Shown here: positions 40,365-58,800 of the stretch, in pieces
Numbering within the stretch: position 1 is the stretch's first letter
Layout of the letters: every line of letters begins with the position of its first letter
NCBI RefSeq assembly: GCF_009914755.1
Contig: NC_060928.1
Length of the DNA: 64,000 nt
Source: the human T2T-CHM13v2.0 reference genome, Homo sapiens
Reading direction: 5' to 3' (one strand)
Translations under genes and position numbers: made by a program
The notes under the pieces: generated by a model
Database searches by the model: none
The model's input: the letters and a program-made list of their open reading frames with translations, nothing else
Told to the model about the DNA's origin: nothing

Positions 40365-41474
40365 AGCCCATAATTCCTCCACTTGTCAAAGACAATTATG
40401 CCTAGTAAATATCAAAACCAGAGTTTGAAACCAGATTATCTGAGTAAACTGGTTATTATTTATTAAGGTGTCCACTTCTTTCAAAAACAAAGCAAAACTA
40501 AACAAAACACACGGATAACTATTCATATTTAATTTATATTGAAAACTAAGTATCTTGGCTTTGATTTAAATTACCTAATCATAACACTAGAACATTAAAG
40601 TTTTAACTCACTTTATTTTTATAACTGCTCCCAACTTGACTTTCAAAGCTGTAAATTCCCTGTGGAATTATAAAATTTATTTTTGCCAAGTTAAAGTCTT
40701 TAGTTACTTCTAATTTAAATCACAGTGTCCTTTGGTCAATATAGAAATCCAAGTTTCATAAACTTTTCTTTTGCCTTCCTTATTTTCAGAGTGAAACCTA
40801 GGTTTACAAAGCTTACTTATAAACCTGACATCTGCAGCAATTTTTCTAAATTATACAGCATTACATTGGTCTGTTGGCTTGTGCTGTTGTGGAGTATAGT
40901 TTATTTTATTTGATGTTTTGTTGTCAAACCGTGACTCTACTTGACCCCATAGTTGACGAACGAGTTTCTATCATGACCTCTAGTATCCCTAATCACTAGG
41001 CCTGTAATTCTTTATTTTATTTTTATTAGATTTTTATTTTTTATTTTTTGGTATGTGGCATCTCAATTACTCTTCCTAAAATTTTAAAAAGCTCCTTCTC
41101 ATTTCTTGGACAATGGGCCTCTCTAAAACCACCCTCAACCCTATATAGGTAGACATTTCACTCCTTTCTTATTTCTGGAATATCACAAAGAACATGAATT
41201 TCTGCTAAATGGTTTACTGTATACCTTTCCTACCACCTGGCAAATGAGTTAAATTCACCCTGGACTTTGGATTCACCACAGATTACTCCAAATTCTGTTG
41301 TTTCCAAATCACTTCGGGAATAAGACCTGAGGAACTACAGAGACTGGAAAGTCCCTATTAGTGAATAAATTTTCTTTTTTTTTTTATTCCTTTGCTTAAA
41401 TCTTAGTTCAAAGTTCAGAAATGGTACATATTTCCTGTCTGTTTGAAGTTTAAAAGACTTTTAAAAATAATCTT

Positions 41475-41780
<306 letters not shown>

Positions 41781-42559
41781 TTAAAAAAAAAATTTTTATG
41801 CAATCAGGAACACATTCTCAATCTGTTTCTTAATCATATTCTACATTTTCCAGAGTTTGTGGTCTTGCTACTCCAAACCAATATTTCTAAAATTTAAAAC
41901 ACATTTTTTTTTCTTTCTCAAGCATCTGGTTCTTTAAAATAGAAACACTAGCTTTTGTAGACTCTGTATTTGCAGATATTAAAAAAATCAACTCATATAT
42001 TCAAGTGACTTTGTTCTGATTTGTATCTGACCAGCATCACAAAGAAATGAATACCAATGAATTATTAAGTGTAAAAATGAGAATAACGGTAAAAATGCAG
42101 AAATAAATATATATATATGACTTCATATAATGAATAGTAGCACAAGTTCAAAAATTTGTTTTTTTCTATATGTTGATGACTAGTTAGATACATTACATTA
42201 GGCTATGCATATTTTTAAGCATTTTGCATAAAAAATAACTCAAATAAATAGACAGTTAGACCTAAATATGACCCAATAAAACTCAATGCTAAAAGTGGAT
42301 AGGCAACATTTAGGTTAGAGTAAAAACATAATGAAACCTAAATTAATAGTCAAAAACTGGAAAAACAATTAAAATTGAGTCTGTTTCATTTGCTGATAAA
42401 TTTCTTTTATTTCTTTTTTTCTCTTTAAAATCCCTATATTGATTAAAGGCTGCTAGGAATTCTAGGAAGAGATGAAATATTCAACTAATAGGTCTGCATT
42501 TAAATGTTCTTTAATTATTAAGTCCATTTGCTTTATAACTTTCAGATACAATATAATTT

Positions 42560-43052
42560 GAGCTAGTGTGATTTTGGGTTTTAACTAATAGAAACCTAAG
42601 GGGTCTGAAACAGACCATTACGGGCAGGGATTCAGTGGTCTATCGGTATCAGAGTCAGTATCTCTGTAATGTTCATAGCCTGTCTTTGTCAGCTGTCACC
42701 TCATGGTTACAGAGTATTGTGTTCTAGAAGTCACATTTATATTCAAGGCAGAAAAAAAGCAGAAAGAGATCTTGTTCTAGGTATGGCTCAACTGTAATAA
42801 TCAAAGGAGAAAGTTTCTAGAGCATCTTTCTTTCCAGCAGATTACTGCTTAAATTTAACAAAGTTTAGACCAGAACTAGGTCACATGGCCATTTCTAGCT
42901 GCTATCATGGTGGGAAAAATAGAAACATTATTGTCATAATGGACCTAATTTTATCATAATCCCCTGCTTGGGGCTAGAAACATTTTGTCAGGGTTCTGTT
43001 AAACTAAAAATTAGGGGAGAATGGGCATGAAGCCAAAAACAGAGTCTGACAC
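42560..43052 (-). mobile_element. Old MLT1 (K/L-like) LTR
   Basis: ccagaactaggtcacatggccatttctagctgc; cagggttctgtt...gtctgacaca. Confidence 0.65.
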
Positions 43053-43155
43053 AAGACTATCAAGACTATCATTTGATTCTGACTGTAAATTTGAAATAAA
43101 ATTTCTCTTCTAATTATATAAATTGATGTGTTATGTCCTGTTATATAAATGAGAA

Positions 43156-45458
43156 TGATATGATTTGGCTGTGTCCCCACCCAAATTTCATCTTGAACTG
43201 TAGCTCCCATAATTCCCACGTGTTGTGGGAGGGATCCGGTGAGAGATAATTGAATCATGAGGGTGGTTTCCCCCACACTGTTCTTGGGGTAGTGAATAAG
43301 TCTCACGAGATCTGATGGTTTTGTAAGGGAAAACCCCTTTTGCTTGGCCTGCATTCTCTCTTGTCTGCTGCCATGTAAGGTATGAGTTTCGCCTTCTGCC
43401 ATGACTGTGAGGCCTCCCCATCTATGTGGAATTGTGAGTCCTTTCTCTTTTTCTTTATAAATTACCCAGTCTCAGCTATGCCTTTATCAGCAGCATAAGA
43501 ACAGACTAATACAGTAAATTGGTACCAGGCTATGGGGCACAAGCTGTAAAGATGTCTGAAAATGTAGAAGCAACTTTGGAACTGGGTAACATGCAGAGGT
43601 TTGAACAGTTTGGAGGGCCCTGAGAAAGGAAAAAATGATGTGGGAAAGTTTGGACTTCCTAGAGTCTTGGAGAGCTCAGAAGATAGAAAGATGTAAGAAA
43701 ATTTGCAACTTCCTTGAAATTTGTTGAACGGCTTTGATCAAAATGCTGATAATGATATGGACAATGAAATCCAGGCTGCAGTGGTGTCAGGTGGAGGCGA
43801 GGAATTTGTTGGGAACTGGAGTAAAAGTGACACTTGCTATATTTTAGCAAAGAGACTGGCGATATTTTGCCCCTGCCCTAGAGATATGTGGAACTTTGAA
43901 CTTGAGATAGATGATTTGGGGTATCCAGTGGAAGAAATTTCTAAGCAGCAAAGCATTCAAGAGGAAACAAAGTATAAATGTTTGGAAAATTTGCAGCCTA
44001 AAGATGCGATAGAAAGAAAAAACCCATTTACTGAGGAGAAATTCAAACTGGCCATGGAGATTTGCATAAGTAATGAGGAGCCAAATATTAACCACCAAGA
44101 CAATGGGGAAAATGTCTCTAGAGCATGTCAGGAGTCTTCAAGGCAGCCCCTCTCATCACATGCTCAGAGGCCTAAGAAGAAAAAATGGTTTCTTGGTCTG
44201 GGCCCAGGGCCCCCCTGCTATGTGCAGCTTAGGGACTTGGTGCCCTGCATCCCAGATGCTCCAGCCATGGCTAAAAGGGGCCAAGGTACAGCTTGGACCA
44301 TGGCTTCAGAGGGTGCAAGCCCCAAGCCTTGGCAGATTCCATGTAGTGTTGAGCTTGAGAGTGAACAGAAGTCAAAAATTGAGGTTTGGGAAACTCCATG
44401 TAGATTTCAGAGGATGTATGGAAATGCCTGGATACCTGGGCAGAAGTTTGCTGCAGGAGCGTGGCCCTTATTGAGAACCTCTTCTAGAGCAGTACGGAAG
44501 GGAAATGTGGGGTTGGAGCCCCGACACAGAGTCCCTACTGGGGCACTGCCCAGTGGAGCTCTGAGAAGAAGGCCACCATCCTCTAAGCCCCAGAAAACGG
44601 TAGATCCACCAACATCTGGCACCGTGCACCTAGATAAACCACAGACACTCAATGCCAGCCCATGAAATCAGCCAGGAGAAGGGCTATACATTGCCAAGGC
44701 ACAGGGGAGGAGCTTCCCAAAGCTATAGGAGCCCACCTCTTGTATCAGTGCACCCTGGATGTGAGACATGGAGTCAATGGAGATCATTTAGGAGTTTTAA
44801 GATTTGACTGCGCCACTGCGTTTTGGACTTGCAGGGGGCCTTTAACCTTTTCATCTTGGTGAATTTCTCCCATTTTGAATAAGTGTGTTTATTCAATGCC
44901 AGTACCCCCAATGTATCTAGGAAGTAACTAACTTACTTTTGATTTTACAGGCTCATCGGCAGAAAGGACTTCGCTTGTCTCAAATGAGTCTTTGGGTTGT
45001 GGACTGTTGAGTTAATGCTGAAATGAGTTAAAACTTTGGTGGACGGTTGGGAAGGCATGATTGGTTTTGAAATAAGAGGGCATGAGATTCAGGAGAGGCT
45101 GGGGCAAAATGGTATGGTTTGGCTGTGTCCCCACCCAAATCTCATCTTGAATTATAGCTCCCATAATCCCCTTGTGTTGTGGGAGAGAACCAGTGGAAGA
45201 TAATTGAATTATGGAGGTGGTTTCTCTCCCACAGCTCTCGTGGTAAGAGAGCTGATGGTTTTATAAGGGGAAACCCCTTTTGCTTGGCCTCTCATTCTCT
45301 CTTGTCTGCTGCCATGTAAGATGTGTGTTTCACCTTCCGCCATGATTGTGAGGCCTTCCCAGCCACGTGGAACTGTGAGTCCATTAAACCTCTTTTTCTT
45401 TATAAATGACCCATTCTCAGGTATGTCTTTATCAGCAGCATGAGAATAAACTAATACA
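43156..45458 (+). mobile_element. Full-length THE1C-like MaLR (LTR 43156-43513, internal 43514-45109, LTR 45110-45458)
   Basis: two similar LTRs, internal start gtaaattggtacc, TSD gagaa/gagag. Confidence 0.95.
43757..44665 (+). other. Open remnant of the THE1 internal ORF (302 codons from ATG)
   Basis: MDNEIQAAVVSGGGEEFVGNWSK...FCPCPRDMWNFELE...; within ORF track 43721-44665. Confidence 0.6.
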
Positions 45459-45914
45459 GAGAGATATAACATAAAGTCATATATGTTTTTTTGAAACATC
45501 AAATTCAGTGCCTAAGTATCACTTACTCAATCCAAAGAGTCAGTCTTTTTTACCTGTGGATGACAACTTAGAAACCCAGCAGTTTTAAAAATCAGCCAAT
45601 GAGCCATATTTGCCACCAAACATCCACTGGCATTAGCAAATGACACTACCATCTAAAACTGGCTTTCAAATAAAATAAAAACAGTGCTGTTCACTACAAG
45701 AAGTATTATAGTTTTCAATGCCTTGATTGTTACAGCAGCATATCCTGCAGTAGTAGCTGCAGTCTTTATGTGTGTTGTAGTAGAAGAACATAAGACACTC
45801 TTTAAGTGTTATCCTTAACCAGTGACATATCAAAACATAAACCATTCCAGTAACCCTATCATCAAATACAGAAGTAATTGTCTTATGCTAGTAAAGTTGT
45901 CCATGTTTTCAAGA

Positions 45915-46060
45915 ACAGTGTTTTATAAAATGTTTTTGAAGGGCCACCTGCATTAAGAATTTAGAATTCAGTCACAGAATGCCTGTGTATGGAATTTTAC
46001 ATTTTTAGTGAACACACCAGGGGATTCTCATGCACTCTGAAATCAGAGAACCACTCTTCT
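45915..46060. mobile_element. MER5-like hAT MITE remnant
   Basis: ccaggggattctcatgcactctgaaatcagagaaccact. Confidence 0.65.
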
Positions 46061-46064
46061 AGAG

Positions 46065-46460
46065 TGTAGCAGATTAAATAGTGGCTGGATTCAAAATGTG
46101 TGTTCAGGCAGAACCTTGACAAATGACATTATTTGAAGTAAGAAGAGTCTTTACAGATGTCATTAAGGTTAGGGTCTTGAGATGAGATATCCTGAGTTAG
46201 GATGTGCCTGGAATCCCATGGTCGGTGTTTTTATAAGTGACAGAAAAGGAAAAGACAGACACAGAGAGAAGAAAGACATATGAAGATAGAGGCAGAGATT
46301 GAAGTTATCAAGTGTGTAAGCCAAGGAATGTCAAGAATTGCCAGGAGCCCTCAGAAGCTTGGATAAAATGATGAAACAGATTCTAAGAGAATATGTTTCT
46401 GTTGTTTTAAGCTGTGAAGTCTGTGGCAATTTGTTATGGCATCCTTAGGTAGCTAATACA
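46065..46460 (+). mobile_element. MLT1B/C LTR
   Basis: gtctttacagatgtcattaaggtt...aagccaaggaatg...ttgttatggc...ctaataca. Confidence 0.85.
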
Positions 46461-46526
46461 TATGGTAATGTTTGCTATCTTAAGTCATTGGCTTTTCAAA
46501 CTTGAGCAATGGAATAACCTGCATAA

Positions 46527-46856
<330 letters not shown>

Positions 46857-46879
46857 GGGTTAATTTCTAAATTAGAAGC

Positions 46880-48460
46880 ATCTCTGATGGACCCCTCATG
46901 GGACTACCTGAAGTCTCGAACTACATCACAGTTCAACTTCTCCCTTTTGTCAGTCTTCTATCCTAATGTCTTACTGGTACTGTTCTTGAGAGCATTCCTA
47001 AATATACCATGTGTGATTTTTGGAAGTTGGTAGCAGTCTGGTTTCTAGAAAGCAGACCCTAAAATGATACCTTACAGCTAAATCACCTACAGGCAAGCAG
47101 GAAATGAGGATCCCATCACAGGTGAAAGGTAGAGTACCACATCCCATTGGCTTGCTGTTGGACTACAATTATTAAATTTTCAACAATGCTGATGCAAAAT
47201 GAGAAGGGCTACTGTGGAAAGGATTGAACTGGCAGATGTATTTTCTCAGACTTTGAAAGGTGGAGGAGGTGATTATTATGAGACTATTTCCTGGGAAATA
47301 GTGAATGGCTTTGCTGATTGATCAGGACTTGGGAGAAGAAAGATTAAACACTGTGGGACAAGGAGCTCTGGTAAAGAGGCAAGCAGATGGAGTTATGAGA
47401 GAGATATGACTTTTATATGGTGCTGTATCCCTAATTAGGTAGACTACATATGTCTGGAATCAAGTTGTTCCAATTACAATAGCCCTTAGTAGCCTCACTT
47501 CAGTGACTTACCTAAATAATTTGAGCGTCCTGACCCTAAAACTGCAGTCCCAGATCTTGTGATTCTCAGAGGTTGAATATTTGCGGAAGGCTGACTAAAC
47601 TTAACCTACGGCTGCCACGTGGCCCTTTGGGGTTCGTTGTGCATACGTCAAAGCCAATAAAATGAGGTATGCTGCCAAGAATAATTGTTGTTGGTAATCA
47701 GGAATAGGTAGGGTTGGTCTGATACAATAGAGGCAGAGAAGACAGTGTTTGCCAAATTAATCCCCTGGAGCATCTAGTTGACTTGCTCTGCCTAATTTTG
47801 ATGGTATGTGAGCAAGCACAACATCAAAGATCTCAGAAGGACATGAAAAATCAAAGGGCTCAAACCTCTCAGGTATGCAAATCTGGGTCACCTTGATAGG
47901 TAAGCTACCCAAATCAGCCAGGATTCTAGGCAACAATGAAACAAATTTAAAATATGTATCAGAAGGAGGCAAACAATAATTTAAAAAATAGTTGCAGCTG
48001 TGAAATTAGCTGTGGCTATATGAACTTATTTTTTCCCCATTAACCTTCCGCTTATAAGTTGTCCAGAAACAATACCAGCCAGAGTCTTGGAGAGTATGTT
48101 CCCAAATAGAGTAAACATACCATGCAAAGCACATGGATTCTAACTAGTCAGGGGGTGGTATGCAGTGGATGCTGTAGCTTTGCCCTAGATTCACATTCAA
48201 TCCTGGAAGGCAGCTCACAGGTGAGACTCTCAAGGAACTCCCTCATTGAAAGGCTTCTGTCATAGTTAAAACTTCTCTTAGGGCCAGCCCCCTTCCCAAA
48301 ATTGGTCCTCACAGAGGTTCAAAGACCCAATCTTCTTGTCCCAATTTGGGATATCTCTGAAGTGCCATCAGCTAAGGTCTGTGTTGCAGGTGCATTGTAG
48401 TTCAAATTCTTCCTCTGCCTCATCCTGCTTCTCTCACTCATAGGTATTCTAGATAAGGCA
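46880..48460 (+). mobile_element. Internally deleted ERV3-16A3/LTR16-type ERV-L remnant
   Basis: LTR16-like pieces at ~46880-47010 and 48161-48460; internal start agaaagcagaccctaa...aatgaggatcccatcac; PPT agggggtgg. Confidence 0.65.
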
Positions 48461-49565
48461 TAACAGAAATTATCAACGTGTACCTTTTAATTAAACAATG
48501 ACTTTACTTAAGACCTGAATATCTTTTAAACTTTTTCTTTCCTGAAAATTTCTTATCCTTTTAAAAAGTATTTTCATTTACTCTCAGGTATACACATACC
48601 TAGTTTGAAGAAACTGATATACTCCACCAACTGTTCAAAGCTCTTTAAATTTTCAATCCTTATTATAACTCATTTTTTTGAGAAACAAGTCAATAGAACA
48701 CTTATATTAAAGATAGAATTAGTCCTGAAAAATAATTTGTTCATGATTTTAGATGCTTTATCAGATGTGACAATTTATGTACTTGCCTATGCCTTCCATT
48801 AAATGTCAGACATTTTAATTTTATTCAGTTTACATCCACCTATCACAACACCCGCCTTCTAATAATTAGTCAATATCCATTCAAAAATTAATATATGAAA
48901 AAATATGTACATAAGAAATATGCATGCTAATGAACAAGATTATGTTTGAAGTAAAATTACCGGTGAAAAAAATACAAATATGGTAAGATTCCAGGAACCT
49001 GTTTTTATAGTCCAAATTCTTTGTTCTTGCTTTTAGAGAAAGTGTAAGTTTGTTTCCAAATCAGGCATCAGGGTGATATTAAGTATGACTGGAATCTCAC
49101 TAGGCAGATGTGCAGTCACTGTAAATGCTGATAGTGTTCCTGTTTAGTACAGAACGTTTATAATTTTTCATGTAATCAATGACAACCTGTGACAGATTTC
49201 TTCCAAATAAAGGTCAAATTTCATATTAGTCTGTCATAATTGATCTTTACACAAAAGTAGAAAAGTTCCAAGAATTTCTGTAGAAATATGTTTTCGTTCT
49301 ATTTCTTTTTCAAATGCAGAATATTTTCTACATATAGTTTAAAAAATTTATGCTCTTATTCTTTCAACATCAAAGCAACACCTTCTCAAAATAAGTTATT
49401 TTTGTAAAAATAGTTCAGGGATGCCTTATAATTTATATGCTATTTTAATGAAGATGTCTAATGTTTTTGGAGAATTAGCATAACATGAATTAAGTCAGTC
49501 AACCCTGGAACTAAAGATGATAGTTATCTTCAGCACTGTAGTAAATGATTATAGATCATCTGGGG

Positions 49566-49780
49566 CAATTGTTTTCAACAAGAGGTAATTTTTCCCTCAA
49601 GGGAAATTTTGACAATGTCTAGAGACATAGTTTGCTTGTTATGACTAGGAGGATGCTATTAACATTTAGTGAGTGGAGGCCAGGGATCCTGCTAAACATC
49701 TCATAATGCACAGGAGAGGCCCCCAAAATAAAGAATTATTGAGCCTGAAATGGTAGCAGCATACTGACTGAGAAGCCCTA
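49566..49780. mobile_element. MER20 hAT MITE
   Basis: gacaatgtctagagaca...gaggccagggatcctgctaaacatctcataatgcacagga. Confidence 0.88.
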
Positions 49781-50179
49781 ATCTAAAATAATCTCAGTAT
49801 TTTAGGCAACATTCGGATACACTTTCTGGAGAAACATTTTAGTTTTCAAATGCTTCAAAGATGGATTCTACAACTTCAGAAATCAGAATGTTATTATATT
49901 GCCTTCTTAATAACAAAGAATTTGGGCAGTACATAAATTCTCCATAATTGTTTTAGAAAAGAGTTTAATTGAAATGAGTTTATGATTTCAGAGTTATTTA
50001 AATACGTTATTTATTTTGAGAAGAAAAATAAATGTAAGCATAAATATAAACGTAAATGATCTAGCTGGTAATTTGGGAAACTATTTTTGTTTTGTCTTCT
50101 GATAATTTATGCAGATTTAAAAAGACATCACCTGCCCAGATGTTTTCAACGTGTAAAAAAAGAGAAAACTGGCATTTCT

Positions 50180-50927
50180 AGGGCATGTTTAATCTTATCA
50201 TTGACTGTTTTCTTTAAAATTAATATTGTAACTAAATTCTACTGTTCCTATGTTAGGCTCACTTACTTTATACTTCTATTCATTTCTTGTCTGGCCTATA
50301 TTCAGATTTTTCAAATAATTTATAGAATTGTTATTTTATTTTACTAATTTGCTATGTATACATTATTATTTTTAAAGTTATTTTAGATATTAAAACATTT
50401 AATTTTTACTCATTGTCACTTAATATACATTATTATTTTTATTAATTTTGATAAAAAGAGAACAATATACTCCATTTTCTGCTTCTCTTATTTTGAGTCA
50501 TTGTTCCAAATAGTTTTAAAGCCACAAAAGTACTATTATTTTTTACCTTTACTTACTTTCTCACTATTCATTTATATATTCTCTTTTTATTTTCTTTCTC
50601 ATTCTTCCTGCAGTTCTGTTTGTTTCCATTTGGGGTCATTTTTCTTCAGTCTTAACTTCCTTTTGATTCATTTAATTTCAGGTTATCTTGTAGCAAATGC
50701 TGTTAGATTTTTGTCTGAAACACTTTATTATTGTAGCTTCAATTTTAAGAATATTTCCTTGGGCATAGAATTCTAGATAGGTATTTATTTCCTTTTATTA
50801 TTTAAAGAATACCATTCCATTGTCATTAGGGCCATAATTTGTATAGAACAAATTTCTGGTGACTTAAAATTACTCCTCTGAAATTAATGTACAACGTTTT
50901 CTGGCTACTTTTAAGATTTTCTGTCTC
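50180..50927 (-). mobile_element. Ancient L1ME/HAL1-type ORF1 region, left piece
   Basis: gggcatagaattctagat...ataccattccattgtc...ctggctacttttaagattttct; continues at ~58086. Confidence 0.65.
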
Positions 50928-50962
50928 TTTTTTCTAATTTCATTTTAGGAGGGATCAGATGA

Positions 50963-51265
<303 letters not shown>

Positions 51266-52425
51266 TGATACTTTTACAGATTTGTTACACGGGTAAATTG
51301 TGTGTCACTGAGCCTTGATGTGTGAAGGATCCCATCACCAAGGTAGTGAGCATAGTATCTGATAGGTAGCTTTCCAACCCACACCATCCTCATATCCTCC
51401 TCCTTCAAGCAGTCCCCAGTGTCTTGTATCCATCTTTGTGGTGTCCATGTATATTTAATGGCTTCTCCATTAGTTCACTTAGGATAATAGCCTCCAGCTG
51501 CATCCATGTTGCTGCAGAGAACATGATTTTATTCATTTTTCTGGCTGCATACTATTCCATTGTGAATATGTACCACATTATTTTCAGTCCACAGTTGATG
51601 GCTATATTCGTTGATATCCCTTTGGTATTTTGATTAGTGCTGTGATGAAGATATGATTACATGTGTCTGTTTGGTAGAACAATTTATTTTCCTTTGGGTA
51701 TATACACAATATTGGGATTGCTGGGTTGAATTGTAGTTCTGTTTTAAGTTCTTTGAGAAATCTTCAAACTCCTTTTCACAGCAGCTAAACTAATTTACAT
51801 TCCTACCAGCAGCATATAAAGTATTCCTTCTTCTCTGTAACCTTGCCAATATCTGTTGTTTTCTGACTGTTTAATAATAGCCATTCTCTGGCCATATGCA
51901 GAAATCAGAAACTGGACCCCTTCCTTGCACTTTGTACAAAAATTAACTCAAGATGGATTAAACACTTAAATGTAAGACCTAAAACAATAAAAACCCTAGA
52001 AGAAAATGTAGGCAATACCATTAAGGACATAGGCATGGGCAAAGACTTCATGACTAAAACACTAAAAACAATGGCAGCAAAAGCCAAAATAGACAAATGG
52101 GATCTAATTAAACTAAAGAGCTTCTGCACAGCAAAAGAGACTATCATCAGAGTGAACAGGCAACCAACAGAATGGGAGAAAATTTTTGCAAGCTACCCAT
52201 CTGACAAAGGTCTAATAGCCAGAATCTATAAGGAACTTAAACAAATTTACAAGAAAAAAAAAAAAAAAAAGTGGACAAAGGATATGAATAGACACCACTC
52301 AAAAGAAGACATTTATGCAGCCAACAAACACAAATAAAAGCTCATCATCACTGGTCATTAGAGAAATGCAAAAATCAAAACCATAATTAGATAACACCTC
52401 ACTCCAGTTAGAATGGCAATTATTT

Positions 52426-56640
<4,215 letters not shown>

Positions 56641-56797
56641 TATTGACTGCCAATGGCTCACAACTGTCCCTTTTCTAGGGAATCTATATTTTTTGGAAGA
56701 GAACAGCAGTTTTAATGTTTCTATCTTGGACTGTGAGCTGGAAACCATGTATTAAGGGTAGTATACAATAAAGTAGAAGGAAGCTCTTAAAAAAAAA
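56641..56797 (+). other. L1 3' transduction (non-L1 sequence with its own AATAAA and A-tail)
   Basis: lies between the L1 tail and the resumed host L1; AATAAA at 56767-56772, A-run at 56789-56797. Confidence 0.82.
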
Positions 56798-57570
56798 GTC
56801 AGGAAACAACAAATGCTGGCAAGGCTGTGGAGAAATAGGAATGCTCTTACACTGTTGGTGGGAATGTAAATTAGTTCAAACATTGTGGATGACAGTGTGG
56901 CAATTCCTCAAGGATCTAGAACCAGAAATACCATTTGACCCAGCAATCCTATTAATGGGTATATACACAAAGGATTACAAATCAATCTACTATAAAGACA
57001 CATGCACATGGTATGTGTATTGCAACACTATTTACAATAGCAAAGACTTGGAGCCAACCCAAATGCCCATCAATGATAGACTGGATAAAGAAAATGTGGC
57101 ACATACACAACATGGAATACTAAGCAGATGTAAAAAAGAATGAATTCATGTACTCTGCAGGGACATGGAAATGCTGGAAGCCATCATCCTCAGCAAACTA
57201 ACACAGGAACAGAAAACCATACACCACATATTCTCACTTATAAGTGGGAGTTGAACAATGGGAACACATGGATACAGGGAGGCAAACATCACACACTGGG
57301 GCCTGTTTGGGGGGTGGGAGGAAAGAGGAGGGAGAGCATTAAGACAAGTACCTAATGGACATGGGGCTTAAAACCTAGATGACAGGTTGATAGGTTCAGC
57401 AAACAACCATGGTACATGTATACCTATGTAACAAACCTGCACATTCTGCACATGTATCCCAGAACTTAAAGTAAGAAATAATAATAGCCATTCTGATTAG
57501 TGTGAGATGATATATCATTGTTTTGATTTGCATTTATCTAATGATTAGTGATTAGTGGTGTTGAGCAGTC

Positions 57571-57878
57571 TTTTTTGTTTGTTTGTTTTTTGTTTTGAGA
57601 CAGGGTCTCTCTCTTTCATCCAGGCTGGAGTGCTTTAGTGTGATCATGGCTCACCACAGCCTCCATCTCCTGGGCTAAACCAATCCTCCCACCTTAGCCT
57701 CCTAAGTAGCTGACACTAGAGGAGTGCACCACCATACCTGGCTAATTTTAAAATTTTATTTACAGAGATGGGGTTTCCTTATGTTGCCATGCTGATCTCA
57801 AACTCCTGAGGTCAAAGGATCCTCCTGCCTCAGCTTCCCAAATTGCTGGGATTATAGGTAGAAGCCACCATGCCTGCC
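57571..57878 (-). mobile_element. AluJ-like element
   Basis: gagacagggtctc, gatcatggctcac and ctcctgggct diagnostics; high divergence. Confidence 0.9.
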
Positions 57879-58085
57879 ATATGTTTTCTTTTGAGAAGTG
57901 TCTGTTCACGTTCAAGATTCTGGATATTAGCCCATTATGTAGATTGTGTGTTTACTCTGTTGACTTTTTTTTCCTGGGCAGAAGCTCTTTAATTTAATTA
58001 GGTCCCACCTGTCAATTTTTGTTTTTGTTGCAAATGATTTTGAGGACTTAGTCATAAATTATTTTCCAAAACCAATGTCCAATAC

Positions 58086-58800
58086 ATCCTTGATTCTTAG
58101 TAGTCTTACTATTGTATTTCTAGGTGTTGCTTTGCTTGAGGGTTGCAAAACTTTTTGGATATGTAACCTGAGGTCTTGAATCAACGTTTTGAATCTTTTC
58201 GCCTTTCTTTTTTTTTTTTTTTACTCTATTTTATCCCTGTATTCCGTTGCCCTCCTAGCACCTCTACTGAAATTATGTTAGACCTTTTCACAATGTCCCA
58301 TCTATCTTTAAGTTGTTTATATGTTTGTCATTTTTTTCCATGTATTTAAGTGTGGATATACTCTTTAAATACATTCTATTTGTTTATTTTCCAGTTTACT
58401 AATCGTGTATTCTGCTGTTGCTAATGTTTCATTAAATCCATATAATAATTCTTAATGTCAAATACTATATTTTTAAATTTTAGAATGTCACCTTTTTACA
58501 GACCTTAACAATCTCATAAAATTCTCCATCTTTTAATTAATTATACCATTTTGTTCTTTATTTGTTTATACAAATATTTTGGCCTTATTCTTTTATGTCA
58601 CATGTAATAATGGTTTTATTGAATACAACATTATGTATTAAAATACAGATGCTCTAGTTAATGACATCTTTTTCCAGAGTGTAGGAAAATGTGATGGTAG
58701 CTAATTACCTTAAATCAATAAAATTCTATGTTCAATAGGGGCTAGAATATTTCTCTGGTAAGACTTAGTCTACTTTTTGTTTACTCATGCCAGTCCTTTC
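58086..58800 (-). mobile_element. Ancient L1ME/HAL1-type region, right piece
   Basis: tagtagtcttactattgtatttctaggtgt...attatgttagacctttt. Confidence 0.6.

Larger units (their letters stand above)
39475..40374 (-). mobile_element. MLT1A-like LTR interrupted by MSTA and a local duplication
   Basis: agtcagtttgggctgcta...gaataccata; caaataccataatcttgggtgttagggtttcaacatat. Confidence 0.85.
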
